Counted from the first letter of the whole stretch, positions 1 through 15,914 are shown. The stretch is DNA of 63,526 nt, filler included, from Octopus bimaculoides (GCF_001194135.2; 10 parts of 9 records of this genome joined end to end with filler, not necessarily neighbours in it); one strand, 5' to 3'. Notes: generated by a model not told the origin, from the letters alone. Translations and numbers: made by a program.

Positions 1-175
1 AGGCACAGAAGTGGCGGTGTGGTAAGTAGCTTCCTTAGCAATCGCGTGCTCCCGGGTTCAGTCCCACTGCGTGGCAGCTTGGGCAGGTGTGTTCTACTAT
101 AGCATCGCGCCGACCAAAGGCTTTTGAGAGGATTTGGTAGACGGAAACTGAAAGAAGCTCGTTGTATATATATAG
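1..175 (+). mobile_element. tRNA-derived SINE family A, 5' half, running into (TA)n
   Basis: A-box GTGGCGGTGTGG, B-box GGGTTCAGTCCC, body ..GATTTGGTAGACGGAAACTGAAAGAAGC. Confidence 0.9.
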
Positions 176-295
176 TCACACACATACATATACATTTGCT
201 ATATCATATCCGTATACATAGTTATATCCATGCATGTATATATATATGCATATGTATATATTTATATATATATGTATTGATGAACGTATATATAC

Positions 296-347
<52 letters not shown>

Positions 348-780
348 TTATACACACACACATATATGTATATAAATTTTTGAATGCAGGTATACATACG
401 TAGGTAGGTATATACGTATGTAAGAATTTAAAATTTATCTTACTTTGGTATTTACTTATATACTAGTTTCTATTCTCTTTGCTCTCTCGTCTCTATTTTA
501 TTTTTGTGGTTGATGTTTTTGTTTTTTGTCTGCGTTTTACCTCTTGTTCTTGATGTTGTTTCCGTTGTTGACATTATTAACTTTCTGATGTTGTTTATAT
601 TCTTTTCCTATTTATTATATATGGTTGGTATTGATTTTGTATTTAATTCACAGACTCTTAAAGACAACATTGATTATATAAGTCAATACACTATTGAATA
701 ATTTGTTCGCTACATATACGCAGACATATATACACTCATATACACATACACACATATTCACTCATTCACACCTGCATATT

Positions 781-820
<40 letters not shown>

Positions 821-2325
821 TTCACATATTTCTATTTAGATATATATCCATGTGTATATGTTGTGTGCATGTATGTATGACTTGGCATTCGTGCGTATTC
901 GGAGTTAATGTGTATCTGTCTATCAACTTACACCAATGTTTTAATAGACACAAGTATACATACATACATACTAGACGCACTTTTTTAAACAAGTATGTTT
1001 ATGATAATTACATATCTATAATTGTATTTAATTATTTTTCTATCACATATTCACGCTATGTGATTTCCTCTTTTTTTATTTTTCTGCGAGATATCAAAAC
1101 AACTACAAGACTCGGAAATTTAACAAGGTAGAACCTACACCACTTTCAGTGACACTCTACACACGACTGCCACAAGAACATTTCATTCTTTCACTAATCA
1201 CATCATACCCAAAGAAAAAGTTCATTGATGTGTGGTACCCATATCGACAAAATTTCACTTATATTCTCCTTCCAAAGAAAACCTATTCACTCAAATTAAG
1301 TAGACCTCTACGCCACATTTCTCATTCTAGATAAAGCACGCTAACTTGCAACAATGCACCATTACGCGTAGATGTTTTTCTTTTATTACTGACAATCTGG
1401 AGAAATTTATTTTGCAAATTCGTGGTTTTGTGTTCGGTCCTGCAGTGCTTTGTGAGCAAATTTGGTAGAGGGAAACAGCGTGGAAGCCTATCATAAATAC
1501 ATATATTTATATATGCATGAGTGTGTCAGTGTTTGTGTCAGTGGCTGTCGGCCAATACCCTTTCACGGTTGGCGTTAGTTTGTTTGCGTCCCAGTAACGT
1601 AGAATATCGGTAAAAGTTGAGACAGAATAAATATGATGCTTTAAATAAGGAGCGTATTTACTGGAGACGATGTTTTCGACTAAATCCTCCAAGATGCAGC
1701 CGCAGGATTTTCTCGTCCAATGATTGAAACAAGTAAAATATAACACGCAAAACATTCTTTTTTTTTCTGTATTAAGGACTTTATAATCTTGTAAGGTTTT
1801 GGATTGTTAATTCAATTCAACCATTCTCCTGAATATCAAAACATTTATTTCTCTGATGATACCATAACAAGGCTGAAACATGCTCGATACTTTCTTGCCT
1901 CACATTGTAAAATAATAAAAGAGTGTTAATCATTCATTATTATCGATTTTTGTACTACATAATTATTTGCAGATAGTTAATTAATGCTTTCTGCGTTAAA
2001 TATGACTACACAAACTTTAACTAGGCTTCTTAAAAATGAGTGTTTCAAAGTAATTAATAATGTTGTGCTATATAATTTTCAAGTCGCCGTTTTGGAAATC
2101 GCTCAATTATTTGCATTGTTCTGACAATACAAATTAATGTTTTGTATTTATTGACTTCTGATGAGTTTTTCAAAATTCTGTGTTCGTTGACTAATATTTG
2201 ATATTGAATATTTAAACGCTTTTTAAAACTTCAGAAATGATTGGATGTGGTTAAAATATAGTGTTTTTTTTTGAGCCGGATAGAATCGGGATGACACTGT
2301 TCTTAACAATCCTATATTCTGTTAT

Positions 2326-2594
2326 TTTTTTACTTGTCTCAGCCATTTGAGTGCGACGATGCTGGAGCACCGCCTTGAATCGAACAAAGCGACCACAGGA
2401 GTTATTCTTAGTAAGCTTAACACTTATTCTATCGGTCTGTTTTGTCGAACCACTAAGTTATGAGGAGATAAATACACCAAAATACACACACACACACATA
2501 CACACGCCCACATACATTTATATACGACGGGCGTCTTTCAGTTTTCGTCTACCAAATCCACTCGCAGGACTTTGGTCGGCCTGAGGCTATAGTT
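2326..2594 (-). mobile_element. SINE family A (head truncated)
   Basis: Tail TACTTGT.TCAG.CATTTGA, internal (CA)n, body CAGTTTTCGTCTACCAAATCCACTC. Confidence 0.85.
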
Positions 2595-5076
2595 AAGAGG
2601 CACAGGGATAAATACAGATGCTGCACGGATGGTAGTCGAACCAATAAAGAAAGGTCAAGCCTGGCTGAACTCCGGTGCAGACTAAATTATGATCCAAATA
2701 ATAAGAAAACAAAGAAATCCTTTAACACATCTTTAATTATTCGTTACAATTGTTTCTGCGCCAACAACGACAGTTTACGCAACGATTGTTTACGCAAGAA
2801 TCCGAAGTTAAAATATAGGTAATATTTGCATTTTTAGACATCAAGGTTACCTACCACTCTAATGTCTAAAACTATAAGTAGGATTGGTGCAGAAACAATT
2901 CTAACGAATCATTAAGGACGTTTTAATGGATTTCTTTTTCTCCTTATTATTCGGATCACATACTACATATGTGTGCTTGTGTATTCTAGTAAAGTCAGGG
3001 TTTATCTTTTTGCATAGGTATGTGTGGCTGACAGTGTGCGTCTGTGCGTGCGAGTGTGTATACATGTTTATGTGTCTCTGTGTATATGTACACTAGCATT
3101 ACGAAATATTCAGTATTTTATTCATTTGTCAAAGCTATACAAAGGAAAATAGAAAAAATGAACAGAAGTATACTTCCATTTTCTCTGTTAAATATACTGG
3201 AAAATAAAATTAACAAAGCATGGTGCCATATATTATTGCTTCAATGGTATATGACATATGATTGGCTAACATAATGACTTGAACTAACTAGAGATCTAAA
3301 GAGGAAGTGTCTTATGCATCCGTGATTATCGTAAAGTATGTGTATTTTGATTTCTCTGAGGAGAGTGCGTATGTAATGCGGGGTATATCTAAGAGCCAAA
3401 AAAACAACAGCTCACTCTTTTATGAAGTACATCTAGGCAAAAATGTAAAAGTGTTCATAGGTTTTTGCTCATACATTCAATGTTGTTTTTCGCTTAATAT
3501 TTATAATCGAAATATATTAAGTAATAACGTTTTAAAGGGATTTGTCAATTCTAAAATATATTTTGAATAGTTCGTCCATTTAAGTGTTTGTTATATTTCA
3601 TTATTGATATGTATTTGAACTTAGGCTCAGAATGTTTTAGAATCCATTAATATAAAAGCTCAGATATAGCTGTTTAAAACTTAAATGTGACGTATTTGGC
3701 CAGGCACATTACTAGCATGTCCAGTCTACTGCTTTAAGTGTTTCAAACTCTGTGTCTAAATGTCAAACATAGTTTGTGCCAACAGCAACGAAACATAAAA
3801 GAAAGATATATAATAATACACGGAGTTGGATATACTAATAAATAAATTAGGTTCGATCTATTAATAATAAATAGATAAATACATTCCCTCTATGAAAAAT
3901 AGGCGAGACTCAATTAGTATACATTAAGAATGATTTGAGGACTCATCGAGCATGCTGAATCGTTTTGCACGCCGGGGAAATTACTTAGCGGCATTTCGTA
4001 AGTTTTTACATACTGAGTTCAAACTCAAAGAATGAAAGGCAAAGTAAGTCTTTCCTCCTTTGAGGAGTCGATATAATAAGTACTAGCAGAGCATTTGGGT
4101 TGATGTAATCGACCTGCTCAGAATGACAGAAGACGGCGAAACAGTAGAATAGTTGGCACGCCGGCAAAATGCTTAGCGGCATTGAATGCGCCTTTATGTT
4201 TAGAGTACGTTCCGCCTCTGTCGATTTTGCATCTTATCCGTTCGGAGTCGATCTAAAAAATGTACCATTTGAATACTGGATCCTATGAATTTGACTTACT
4301 CCTTAGCATTGCTACTAAAAGAAAAACATGGTTTACCATGTGGAATCTGGATTGAATCCGAAAATAATACATACGACATGATAACATTTGTACACAATTC
4401 AAACATTCATTAATAAATATTACTAAAATTTGTAAATCTAAATTTGCATTTTTGCTTTATATCAGTCACAGATATGTTTTAGAAAGATTTCTTCAATAAA
4501 AATCCAGCAAAAAAGTCAAACATATCTAATGCTTTATTGTATTAGTAATAATGCTTACACGAAAAATAAATAAAAAAACAGCACACGTTTTATTTCATAT
4601 ATTTAGTCTAAAACACAGAATACGAAATCACAGTTTGTAATAATCAGCTGATGAGTAGTTTTAAATGATACGGAATAAATTACCTTTTATTTTTCTTTCT
4701 CTAAGATTTTATACCATTAGGAGAACAATATCTTGACATTTCGGATAAAGTTATTTCTCAGAGGGGGTGACAGATTTATTGTCTTCTTCATGATGAAATT
4801 CTTTCCCCATCGGCGTACGAGCTTTTAAAAAACTATACTTTAGCTATAAAACAAATATTTACCAACGCAGACAGCTACGAGGTACTTCCGTTTTACTTTT
4901 TTTTAAGTTTCATTTAACAAACATTACGAAAAAAATTAGTAATAAAGTATTTATACCATCATTTGAAATCAATGATCACGTCACCAGAATATATCAGAAT
5001 TCGTATATTCTGAAACACAAAAACACAATATGGAGATCATCTTCTTCTTCTTTTTCTTCTTCTTCTTCTTCTTCTT

Positions 5077-5107
<31 letters not shown>

Positions 5108-5422
5108 GCAGAGGTAACGATGAAAATGCAGTTCTTACTAATAAGTGTAATCCCACAGCACAGGAAAGGAGCAGTGGTAGTTTACTTGATGAGAGACATA
5201 TAGATGATCTAAATCCACTCTTAGGTTTTTGGTCTGCCCGAGAAAATAGCAGAAGACACTTGCCCAAGTTGCCACGGCTGGAAATTGAAACCTAAAACTT
5301 ACCTGCGCACGCACGTACGAACACGCTCATACACACACAAACGCAAACACACAGACGCACATACATAAATATACACACCCATACACTCAAATATACAAAC
5401 GTTTACGATCATCCCCAATTAC

Positions 5423-5491
<69 letters not shown>

Positions 5492-5923
5492 TCGAGAGAG
5501 AGAGAGAGAAGCAAACAGAAAGAAAGACAGACAGTCAGAGATAAAGCAGAGAGCAAGATACTTAAATAGACATACCAGTCTGTTGGTAGATCCTACTTGA
5601 AACATAAATGTAATGTTAGAGAGGAAATCTAGACACATAATAACGGTCCAAATGAGAATTTATTAGAAACTGAGCTGAACATGTGTATNNNNNNNNNNNN
5701 NNNNNNNNNNNNNNNNNNNNNNNNNNNNNNNNNNNNNNNNNNNNNNNNNNNNNNNNNNNNNNNNNNNNNNNNNNNNNNNNNNNNNNNNNNNNNNNNNNNN
5801 NNNNNNNNNNNNNNNNNNNNNNNNNNNNNNNNNNNNNNNNNNNNNNNNNNNNNNNNNNNNNNNNNNNNNNNNNNNNNNNNNNNNNNNNNNNNNNNNNNNN
5901 NNNNNNNNNNNNNNNNNNNNNNN

Positions 5924-5961
<38 letters not shown>

Positions 5962-6535
5962 CACATATGTATGTATGCATGTATGTAGGCATGTATGTAT
6001 AGGTAAATGAAATACCTGTAGGAGGCATGTTATGTAGATTATTTTTCTCCTAATGTGCGTGGGATGTATAAATGTATATTAACTTCCCTGTTTGGCATTA
6101 CTCTCTGTTTAAAGAGCCCGTTGTGATCGCCGTTAGATTAGGTAAAATCAGACAAATGTGAGTCTAAGTCATGGTAGTGTGTATGAGAAAGAGATAGAGA
6201 TAGAGAAAAAGAGAGGGAGAGAGAGAGTGAATAAGAGAGATTGGGTGAAAGAGAGAACGCGAGAAGCCAAACATTTGAAACTATTGACATAAATAGATTA
6301 TAAAGAAGGAAAATATGCAGTAAAAATATTGTAACTACGAGATTGTTTCCCTTTCTTTAAGTCACCCTCGTCTCCCTCAGTCTCTCTCTCTCACTCTCTC
6401 CCTTTCGTTGTCTTACACTGCCTGCCTACTTCTCTCTTGATATCTACATATACATATACAGACAGACACACACGCACACACACACAGACACATATATATA
6501 TGTGTGTGTATATATATATATATATNNNNNNNNNN

Positions 6536-6614
<79 letters not shown>

Positions 6615-6636
6615 CAGAGAGAGAGAGGGAGATCGC

Positions 6637-6688
<52 letters not shown>

Positions 6689-6775
6689 CATACATATATA
6701 CATATAATATATGTGTGTGTTTATGTTTATATATGCACACTCACAAACACATGCATATGTATACACGCACTGACA

Positions 6776-6813
<38 letters not shown>

Positions 6814-6823
6814 NNNNNNNNNN

Positions 6824-6860
<37 letters not shown>

Positions 6861-7875
6861 CACGTGCATATTTTATTCACTGGCGAAATATGTACACATG
6901 TCAATAGGAGACAAATAAGCCGGAAATTTCCCTATTGGCAGCGCATAATCGCTTCTAGATATTACGACAGAAACGAAATCATTTATAACCATGCAAATCT
7001 GATTTCACCAGGGATAAGAACGGATGGTCATGTTATAATTCAATACGAGATAAGTTGTTTTGAAATTAAATAAAACCAACATTCCTAGGAACGGCATCAA
7101 ATTATTAAGTAATTTCCATTCACTAGCAATATTATACTGCACTACTTTCGAAAATTTCTGAGACAGGTAGAGAAGCGAGTAACACTCTCTAACGTCAGTA
7201 TTTCTTCCTATCTAGTTGATCGTCTGCTACGTCGCTAAATAACTTCTAACAAGCTGGCAATATTCCTGTTTGCTAAAATATTTGGCAATTCATTCTTCAG
7301 AGACGGAGAGGGTAGCATTTAGACAATCTGCAGATGAACGAATAAATGAATAAATAATAAGATTTATAGATCACTGTAACAGCTACGAAATCCTCTGAGG
7401 TTTAAAGTACAGCACCGATGAGGAAGCATTTGAAATAGTGTATCATGGGTGCTAGCATAAATAACGTAGATGGAGCAACGCTTTAATTAATTAAACTTGT
7501 ACATCAGTAAGGAGAAAACAAAACAAATACATTTTATGATTCATAGCTGGAGAATCAGTAGAGCGGTAGCAACATCGGCTTAGTTGTTTTAATTCGATTC
7601 TGCACACTGAGATCCGATCGTAACGAAGTCAACTTCTCCACTTTTCCAGTACTCATTTCGGGTTCACTGAAAAATACAGAAAAAACAGTATAGATCAAAA
7701 CATCTACCTCGGAATTGATGGATGCCTATTATATTTATACAAATGTACAAAGAATTGCACTGGTTAACGTTTTGCTCTTGCGTTTCAATCGAACGAAATT
7801 TAATTTTTATAGAATTATTTAGAATGGAATTTAATATCTATTATTAGAATGAGACAATAAATACAACAAAAATGA

Positions 7876-7918
<43 letters not shown>

Positions 7919-8462
7919 TAAATGGAAGAAAGTGGGATTTATAGGATGGAAATTGATCAATAAGTGTACAGGTAGAAATACTGACGAATTTTTACGTCAG
8001 AAGTAAGAATAGCATAAGAGAACGGGAAATGAAGTATAACATAAAGAATGAATGACTGGGATAAATGAATAAGGAAATTTTGGGAAAAGAATCGGAAATA
8101 TGGGATTATGGGATTAAAGTATGAAAGGGTCTTACGAATTTGTTTGAAAGAAAATTCATAAAAGTTTCGTAAGGAGGAGAAGTTGGTTTCGTCAAAACAG
8201 AAAAATACGAAAAATAATAGGTGAGGGGGGGGCAGAGATAGAAATTGAGAGAGTGAGAGAGAGACGGAAAAAGAAAGAAAGAAAGAAGGAAGGAAAGAAA
8301 TCAGGAAAATAAGAAGGAAAGAAAGGATGTGTATAAGGCTGGGGTGAGGAGATTTAAGATTGGAATGGAATCTGATAGAGCAAACAGGAGATATACAAAG
8401 TCGAACCGGAATATGAACTTTCAGAAAATATATTTATAAGTATATGAGTGTGTGTGTGTGTG

Positions 8463-8503
<41 letters not shown>

Positions 8504-8626
8504 NNNNNNNNNNNNNNNNNNNNNNNNNNNNNNNNNNNNNNNNNNNNNNNNNNNNNNNNNNNNNNNNNNNNNNNNNNNNNNNNNNNNNNNNNNNNNNNNN
8601 NNNNNNNNNNNNNNNNNNNNNNNNNN

Positions 8627-8662
<36 letters not shown>

Positions 8663-9512
8663 GCACATACATATGAAAGTATATAAATATACATGATGAA
8701 ACAAAAATACCAAGGGATTTTGAGATATACAAATAGAGGCGTAGCTGTGTGGTACGAAGCTTGCTTCCCAACCACATGGTTCTGGGTTCAGTCCCACTGC
8801 GTGGCACACTGGTCAAGTGCCTTCAGCTATAGCCTCGAGCTGAAGGAACGAAGATGGGAGAAATACATCATTTAATGATAATAAAATGCAGCAAAAAAAG
8901 AAAACAGAAATGGTATGATAAAACTACTCACAAGAATAAATTAGAATAAATGAAATCTCGAAGAATGAATGTGGAATAAAATACTTTCAGATGATTAAAC
9001 AATGTAAAAAATGTATTTGTGTATATTGCGCAGAGAGGAATCCGTCGACACAGAAAATGAGAACACTGTGCGAGAGAATGATTATGGGGAAAGAAATGAA
9101 TATACGAATGAGATATAAGCACACAGGGAGAGAGCGAAAAGGAATGAGAACTGTTAAAGGAAATTACTAAATATGGGAGAAACATGCCCAAAAGCACAAC
9201 TTATGTATGTCTGTATGTACGTACGTGCCTACATATGTATACATGGACGTATGTATGAATGTATGCAGGTATCTATCTCCTTTCTCTCATTATATATATA
9301 TATATTATACTATATTTTATATATATGTGTGTGTTTATGTATATGTATATATATAATATAAACATATATATATATATATATAGATATATATCCATGTACA
9401 TATACATACAAACGCATACAGACACTCACACACACACACATATATATATATATGAGTTTACACATACACATACGTATGCATATGCATGTATGCGTGAATG
9501 TATATACACAAT

Positions 9513-9553
<41 letters not shown>

Positions 9554-12041
9554 AGGATAATGTTATATAGATATGGTTATATATGCGTTTATTAGCGCGA
9601 GTAAGTGGAGTGCTTATAAACATGTATGATTTTCTTCCAGTGAAAGGGGGAGGCAGAGAGGGACACAGGTAAAAGTGACTTCGGAAATAGGAATAAACGA
9701 AGAGGAAATGAAAATGGAATTGAAGAATATTAAATTTGGAACATCTGGTACGAAATGCGCTAACTTTAAATAGGAAAAATGGTAAGGACTAAAACACCAA
9801 CTTTAACGACAATAAATGCTACAAAACGAACAACAACTTTATAAACCTTAAGACAACTAGAAAAGTAATAAGGGAAGATTAGAATCAAATCATTCTAATT
9901 TTTTTGTAACCAACAATAAACTGGTGCAACAACACGAACTGCAACAACAAAAAAAAAGGATTAAAAATAATATCAAATGCAAAACTGAAATTGCTTCTGA
10001 CTGCAACAACTTCAGTAGAAACAACAAAAGCAAAAGGAAGAGGAGATTCCACATGCAGGTTTGGCCTCCAGCGTAATTTATAATGTATTTTTATTATTTT
10101 AAATATATATTTATGTAAATAAGGTAGGAGGTATGACTAATCCACGAGCGCAATAGAATAAAGTTTTAAAGTTCTACAATCTATTTACATATCCACCTTG
10201 CCACCAGAGCCATGAACAGGAGCCTGCTTCATTTGTCGCTATGAAACCGTCACTGATTTACTGTTGACGATAAATGTTTGTTGTATTTCTTTTTTATTGC
10301 TTCTAATTCTATGGGGGCGTTGCGCATTCACGCTGTATGGCATCCTTGGCCCCCAATGCAGTATACGACAGGAAAAAAGTAGCCCCTGAAAGGGCCGGTG
10401 ACAAAAGTCTTTGTGATAATCAGACGATCAAAGGTGTAGAAAAGTCATTGCATCCTCCGTTGGAATTTGCCCTCACAGTGGTCCAGGGATTTGTTCTACT
10501 CGATCTCTTGTAATCTCGCAGATGGTAGTTATAATTTCATTATACAATTTCATTTATACTGTATATAGCAGAGCAACACCACTGAAACAACTTCCAATGC
10601 ACTCGGCTCACTATAAACAGCATCACCATAACCTACATTAGCATTGATAAACTCAAAACATCCATTCTAGACATCTACACCACCACGATAACTTGCAACG
10701 CTACCGCCAATCCAGAGTCAACATTACATCTTCCGTATTACCAATGCTTCTTCCATCCCACCTCTGCCACAACAAATAACTGATACGCCATTAGAAAATG
10801 ACACAGTCCCACCATCTCCGCCTCCATTAGCAAATTACCACCATTAATACTAGCGCAGTATCATTACTACCATCAACACTGTTATTATGCATTCTGTTCC
10901 ATCACCGCGAGCGCTAACTTCAGTACATCAGCCACACCATTGCTGCTATCAACTACCTAGCTCAAACACTACGACTAACACCAATTCTACACCAGTGCCA
11001 CCATATCGACCACCATCAAATAGCGAGCAAAATTACTTGTCTACCGTCACCAAAGACATAGTTCTCACCGCCATCATCACGAACACCACTATTACCAAGA
11101 GCACGCCATTATTATCACATTGCCAATATCTACTCATGAGAACAGCACGATCTGCTACAACAATACAACAGCAGTTCATACACCACCACGACCACCACCA
11201 CCAACAACAACAACAACATTATCACCATCAACTTAACCACCACCACAGTAACCACCTATGCAACCACTACAATCTGTCCCACTACCACCACGACTACTGC
11301 CAACATTGCAAACCCAATGCTGCCACACAATTAATTTCTTCATGTCCTCGTAAGTGAATATACTTTCTAAAGACCATACAGAATTCCCAATTGAAGTAAC
11401 AAGTGATCCTAAAGTTCTGTATGAACAGATATCCATTTATTTTTATTTCTATTTCGATATTTGTTTAATTTCCATCTCATTTTACATTTCCATTTATTAT
11501 ATACATTTTTTTCCCTAAAATAGTATTCTATATATCATTTATTTCATAATAGACCCACCGAGATGTCATTCTGTTAATCTATCAATAAGTACCTTCAGGG
11601 AAAACAATATATATATGTTCACACCGGAGACATAGAATTCTCTATTGAAACTGAAATCCTTTTTACAATGATATCGTATTTATTTTCCAGTTTCCGTTTT
11701 CTATTTTCGTATCTATAGAATGAGCACTTCACTAGGAAATGTCGTTAAATTTGACTGACCTCCATTGCTTTACACATATATTCAAAATATGAAGTCACTC
11801 GTCAAAATTGACACATAAATATATGCACACACGTTTGTTTGATTAGGAAAGAATCGCGAGGACCGGGCTAACTATAGAGAAATACCAGTACAATACTAAA
11901 TAACTATAGTAGTCCGCTGTGGTACAGGGTGCTTTCGGCCTCGTTCATTTACGCAGACATGTGCATACAAACACACACACACACACACACACACACANNN
12001 NNNNNNNNNNNNNNNNNNNNNNNNNNNNNNNNNNNNNNNNN

Positions 12042-12053
12042 TTAATTAATTAA
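12042..12053. other. Artificial scaffold spacer TTAATTAATTAA inside an ~100-bp N gap (also 15442, 24679, 29806, 35385, 39143, 49680, 55447, 62274)
   Basis: Identical palindromic six-frame-stop 12-mer centred in N runs of about 44 on each side, nine times. Confidence 0.95.
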
Positions 12054-12556
12054 NNNNNNNNNNNNNNNNNNNNNNNNNNNNNNNNNNNNNNNNNNNNATA
12101 TATATACATATATATTTATATGTGTGTGTGAGTGTGTGTGTGTATAAAGCAAATAAGTAACAAGGATGTCCAGGTACTTACTCAGTTCCTTGTTATTTAT
12201 TGATATTTATTTGCTTTTTATTCAACAAACTTCGAGCTGTACGGTCCACACACGACTAACTAACTTGATGCCTCAACTTAAGTTTCTAATCCAACTGAAT
12301 CTTAATTATGTCTTTTATATGTGTGTGTGGGGACGCGCCTTTCTGCCTGTTTGTCACCCACCACCGCTTAACAACCGGTGTTGGTGTGTTTGCGTCCCCG
12401 AGTCTTAGCGGTTCGGCAAAAGAAACCGATAGAATAAGTAGCAGGCTTTAAAAATAAATACGTACTAGGGTCGATCCATTAGACTAAAAAGGAAAACTCA
12501 AGGCGGTGTTCCAGTATGGTCACAATCTAATGACTGAAACAAGTAAAAGAATAAAA

Positions 12557-13467
12557 TCTATACTATAAATTGCAGTGTTCTTGATTGCTTGATTGATTGA
12601 TTGATTGATTGATTGATTAATTGGGTGTCGGCAGATTCACTCGAGAACGGTGCAGTGGAATCGCGTGAAATTCAGCACAGAGCGGCAGCATGGTCCGCTC
12701 ATGTTCAGGAGATTTTTATTACCCCTAACTCCCATGGTTACCGAGATAATCGATTATTACTTTTTAAGATAGGAATCTCCCATTCAAAGTGCGGAGGTGC
12801 GATTTTGTTGCCTTTCCCATGCGCGAAATTTTACGAAAAACCAGCACAATAAAGATTATTTTTTTCTAAGTAATGTAGCTGGGTTTGGTTTTCGAAAATT
12901 TTAATCAGAGGCACAGAAAAAAAATAATTTCAATTTTTTGTGCATTAAAAAAAAAAAGCTATAGCTTACGCTCTTTCTAATTACTATGCTTTTTTTAAAC
13001 TTCAGTTACAAATGCCTTCAAACGTCGACATTCAAACAGCTTTTCCATATTGAGACAAACGGACTCTGCACAATTGTATCCATCCGGGAACGCGTTTTCA
13101 ATAATTGAAATTCACAATTCTAATCAGTGTATGATTGATCTTAAACAGTTTCGATTAACATTCTTGTGTCGCCAATACAACAACCGCACTACCATATATT
13201 TTTCTTTTAGGGCGAGTTTATACCACAAATAAGGTTCCGTGACTACATGGGGCTATGGGTACACACGTGAAGTTAGTTTTAGAATATCGACCCGCAAAAT
13301 CCTTAGCATCGTATTGTTTTGGGGTTGTTCTTACTTTTCTTTTGTTTTTGGAATGTTTGTTGTTTTTTTTTTATTTTTAGTTCTTTTTATTATTCAAAAT
13401 ATACATAGGAAATAGCCTTTAACCAAATCCACTACACTGCCCGAGTGAAACCGGGAAAAACAGCTAG
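12557..13467 (+). mobile_element. Non-autonomous Helitron carrying a (GATT)n microsatellite
   Basis: 5' end A|TCTATACTATAA; 3' hairpin CCCG-AGTGAAAC-CGGG followed by CTAG|T; inserted between A and T with no TSD. Confidence 0.7.
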
Positions 13468-13482
13468 TAATATATATGTAGA

Positions 13483-13639
13483 CTCAGGCGTAGCCGTCTG
13501 GTAAAAAGATTGCTTCCAAATCACTTGCTTCTGAGTTCAGTCCCAATGCGTGGCACTTTGGGCAAGTGTTTTCTATAGCCTCGGGCTGACCAAAACCTTG
13601 TGAGGGAATATAGTAGACGGAAACTGAAAAGGTGTGGGG

Positions 13640-13670
<31 letters not shown>

Positions 13671-13866
13671 TTTATTCCCCACCATCGCTTGACAATGGAT
13701 GTTGGTGCGTTTACGTCCCAGTAACTTAGCGGTTGGGTAAAAGTGGCCAATAGAATTAGTACTAGGCTTACAAAGAATAAGTCCTGGAATCGATTCGTTC
13801 GACCAAAGGCGATGCTCCAGCGTGGTCGCAATCAAGTGACTGAAATCTGTAAAAGAGTAAAAGAAT
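13483..13866 (+). mobile_element. SINE family A, full length
   Basis: Head, internal (TG)n and tail ending GAGTAAAAGAATA; followed by an inverted tail at 13871-14045. Confidence 0.85.
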
Positions 13867-15281
13867 ATATATTACTTGTTTCAGTCATTAGACTGCAGCA
13901 CCACCTTGAAGAATTTTAGCAGAGTGTATTAACCCAGTACTTATTTTTTTCTTAAACTCTGGTACTCATTCTATCGTCTTTCTTTGATGATCCTCTTAGT
14001 TACGGAGACGTAAACACAACAGAACCGGTTGTCAAGCGGTGGTGGCCGGACAAACATTGAATGACATTTAGTCGAAAATAGTTCATATATACTTTTCCAT
14101 ATTAAGTTTTTTTCTAAAGTTTAGCTCTAGTTCAATTCTAGCTCTTCTGACCCATTTAAGACGTTTGCTCTTTTCTAAAATAGTAAAATGTTGTGTTCTG
14201 TCGTTGTCTTATGATGCACTTGTTAGAATAAATTTATATAAGTTTATATAAGTGGATATGAACGAATAAATGTGGTATGGTTATTCAGTATTTTACTATG
14301 GTACACATATAACAGAATGAATTAAAGTGTGTATAAACTATTGCTTTTTATCTCAAAAATAATTACCATCTAATATTTATTATTAAATCGTTGTTTTTCA
14401 AAACCCGTATGCTAGTTCTCAGGTTAGTGTTATTTTTTTAATACTTTAAAGGAACAGTTATAATGATAATATCTATTTAAATTGATTTGCTGTTAAGCCG
14501 ATGTAATTTATATCTACCTGATTAATGTTAGTTGTGAGAGTGGCTTCAGAGATAATGGGCAATTTCTGGACACTTGCCACTGATGGGACATACGTTTTTT
14601 GAATAATAAGTGCGTTTTGAGTTGCTAATATTAGTTGTGTTGAAGTAAGCTGTATTCTTTTCTAATTTTATCATGAAAGCATCGAGCTGGAAGACACATT
14701 AAAGTGCAGAAAAGTTCAATGCAGAATCTATTTCGCCTTCTTGCGTTCTGAGTTCATATTTCGCCAAGGTCAAGTTTGTCTTTCATTCTTCCAAAATCTA
14801 TAAAATAAAGTACCACTCCAAGACTGGAGTCGATAGTATCGATTACATTCATCACCATTATATTGGTGTCTAAATAAAATATCATTAGTATTTAATAACA
14901 TTATGTTACTGATGTTTGTTTCTATGATTATCATATTTTGATACAGTTTAGGTAAAAAAAAAATTGTATATTTATGTTCAAGAGGTAATTGAATTGATGG
15001 TCATTAGAGTTACAAATCTAAAAATCGATGTCTTGGTATTATTATCTAAAGATCTTACAGAAATCATGAAATAACATACCTCATACACACTAGGTAAAGG
15101 AAAGTTAAAGTAAGGCTATAATGAACTACACACAGAGTCAAAACTTCGAAAGATAAAATAGTCCCAAATCGTAAAAACAATTGTATTTCATTAGTGGGTT
15201 CAAATAGTGAAACATACTCAGCAAAATAAGCTACACAGTACAAACGAATTTCTTTAGAACACAATCATAAATAATAGGAAA

Positions 15282-15397
<116 letters not shown>

Positions 15398-15554
15398 NNN
15401 NNNNNNNNNNNNNNNNNNNNNNNNNNNNNNNNNNNNNNNNNTTAATTAATTAANNNNNNNNNNNNNNNNNNNNNNNNNNNNNNNNNNNNNNNNNNNNTAT
15501 ACACATACATATATATACATATATATATACATACATATATATATACATACATAA

Positions 15555-15591
<37 letters not shown>

Positions 15592-15644
15592 TACATATAT
15601 AGATAGATATATATGCTTTTGGTGTGATATATATACATAAATCA

Positions 15645-15680
<36 letters not shown>

Positions 15681-15865
15681 TACATATCATATTTACCAAC
15701 ATACATGTCAATGTCTTATATAGGTGTAGGCATTCAAACATGGTTGCTATCTTTCCAAATCCTGTTGCATTCCACATGGAACTTTTGGTTTCCAAAGTCA
15801 TCTTTGTGTATGTGATGATCTACCATCTTATACTCTAAATTTCAACTTGTATGTCAGAAAATACG

Positions 15866-15914
<49 letters not shown>

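Noticed and set aside
4720-4770. Minus-strand CTGAGAA...GAAATGTC hammerhead-like string
   Set aside because: Core and helices too degenerate to support a call.
10887-11357. 156-aa His/Thr/Gln-rich ORF
   Set aside because: Lies in a CAC/CAT low-complexity tract with no splice or homology support.
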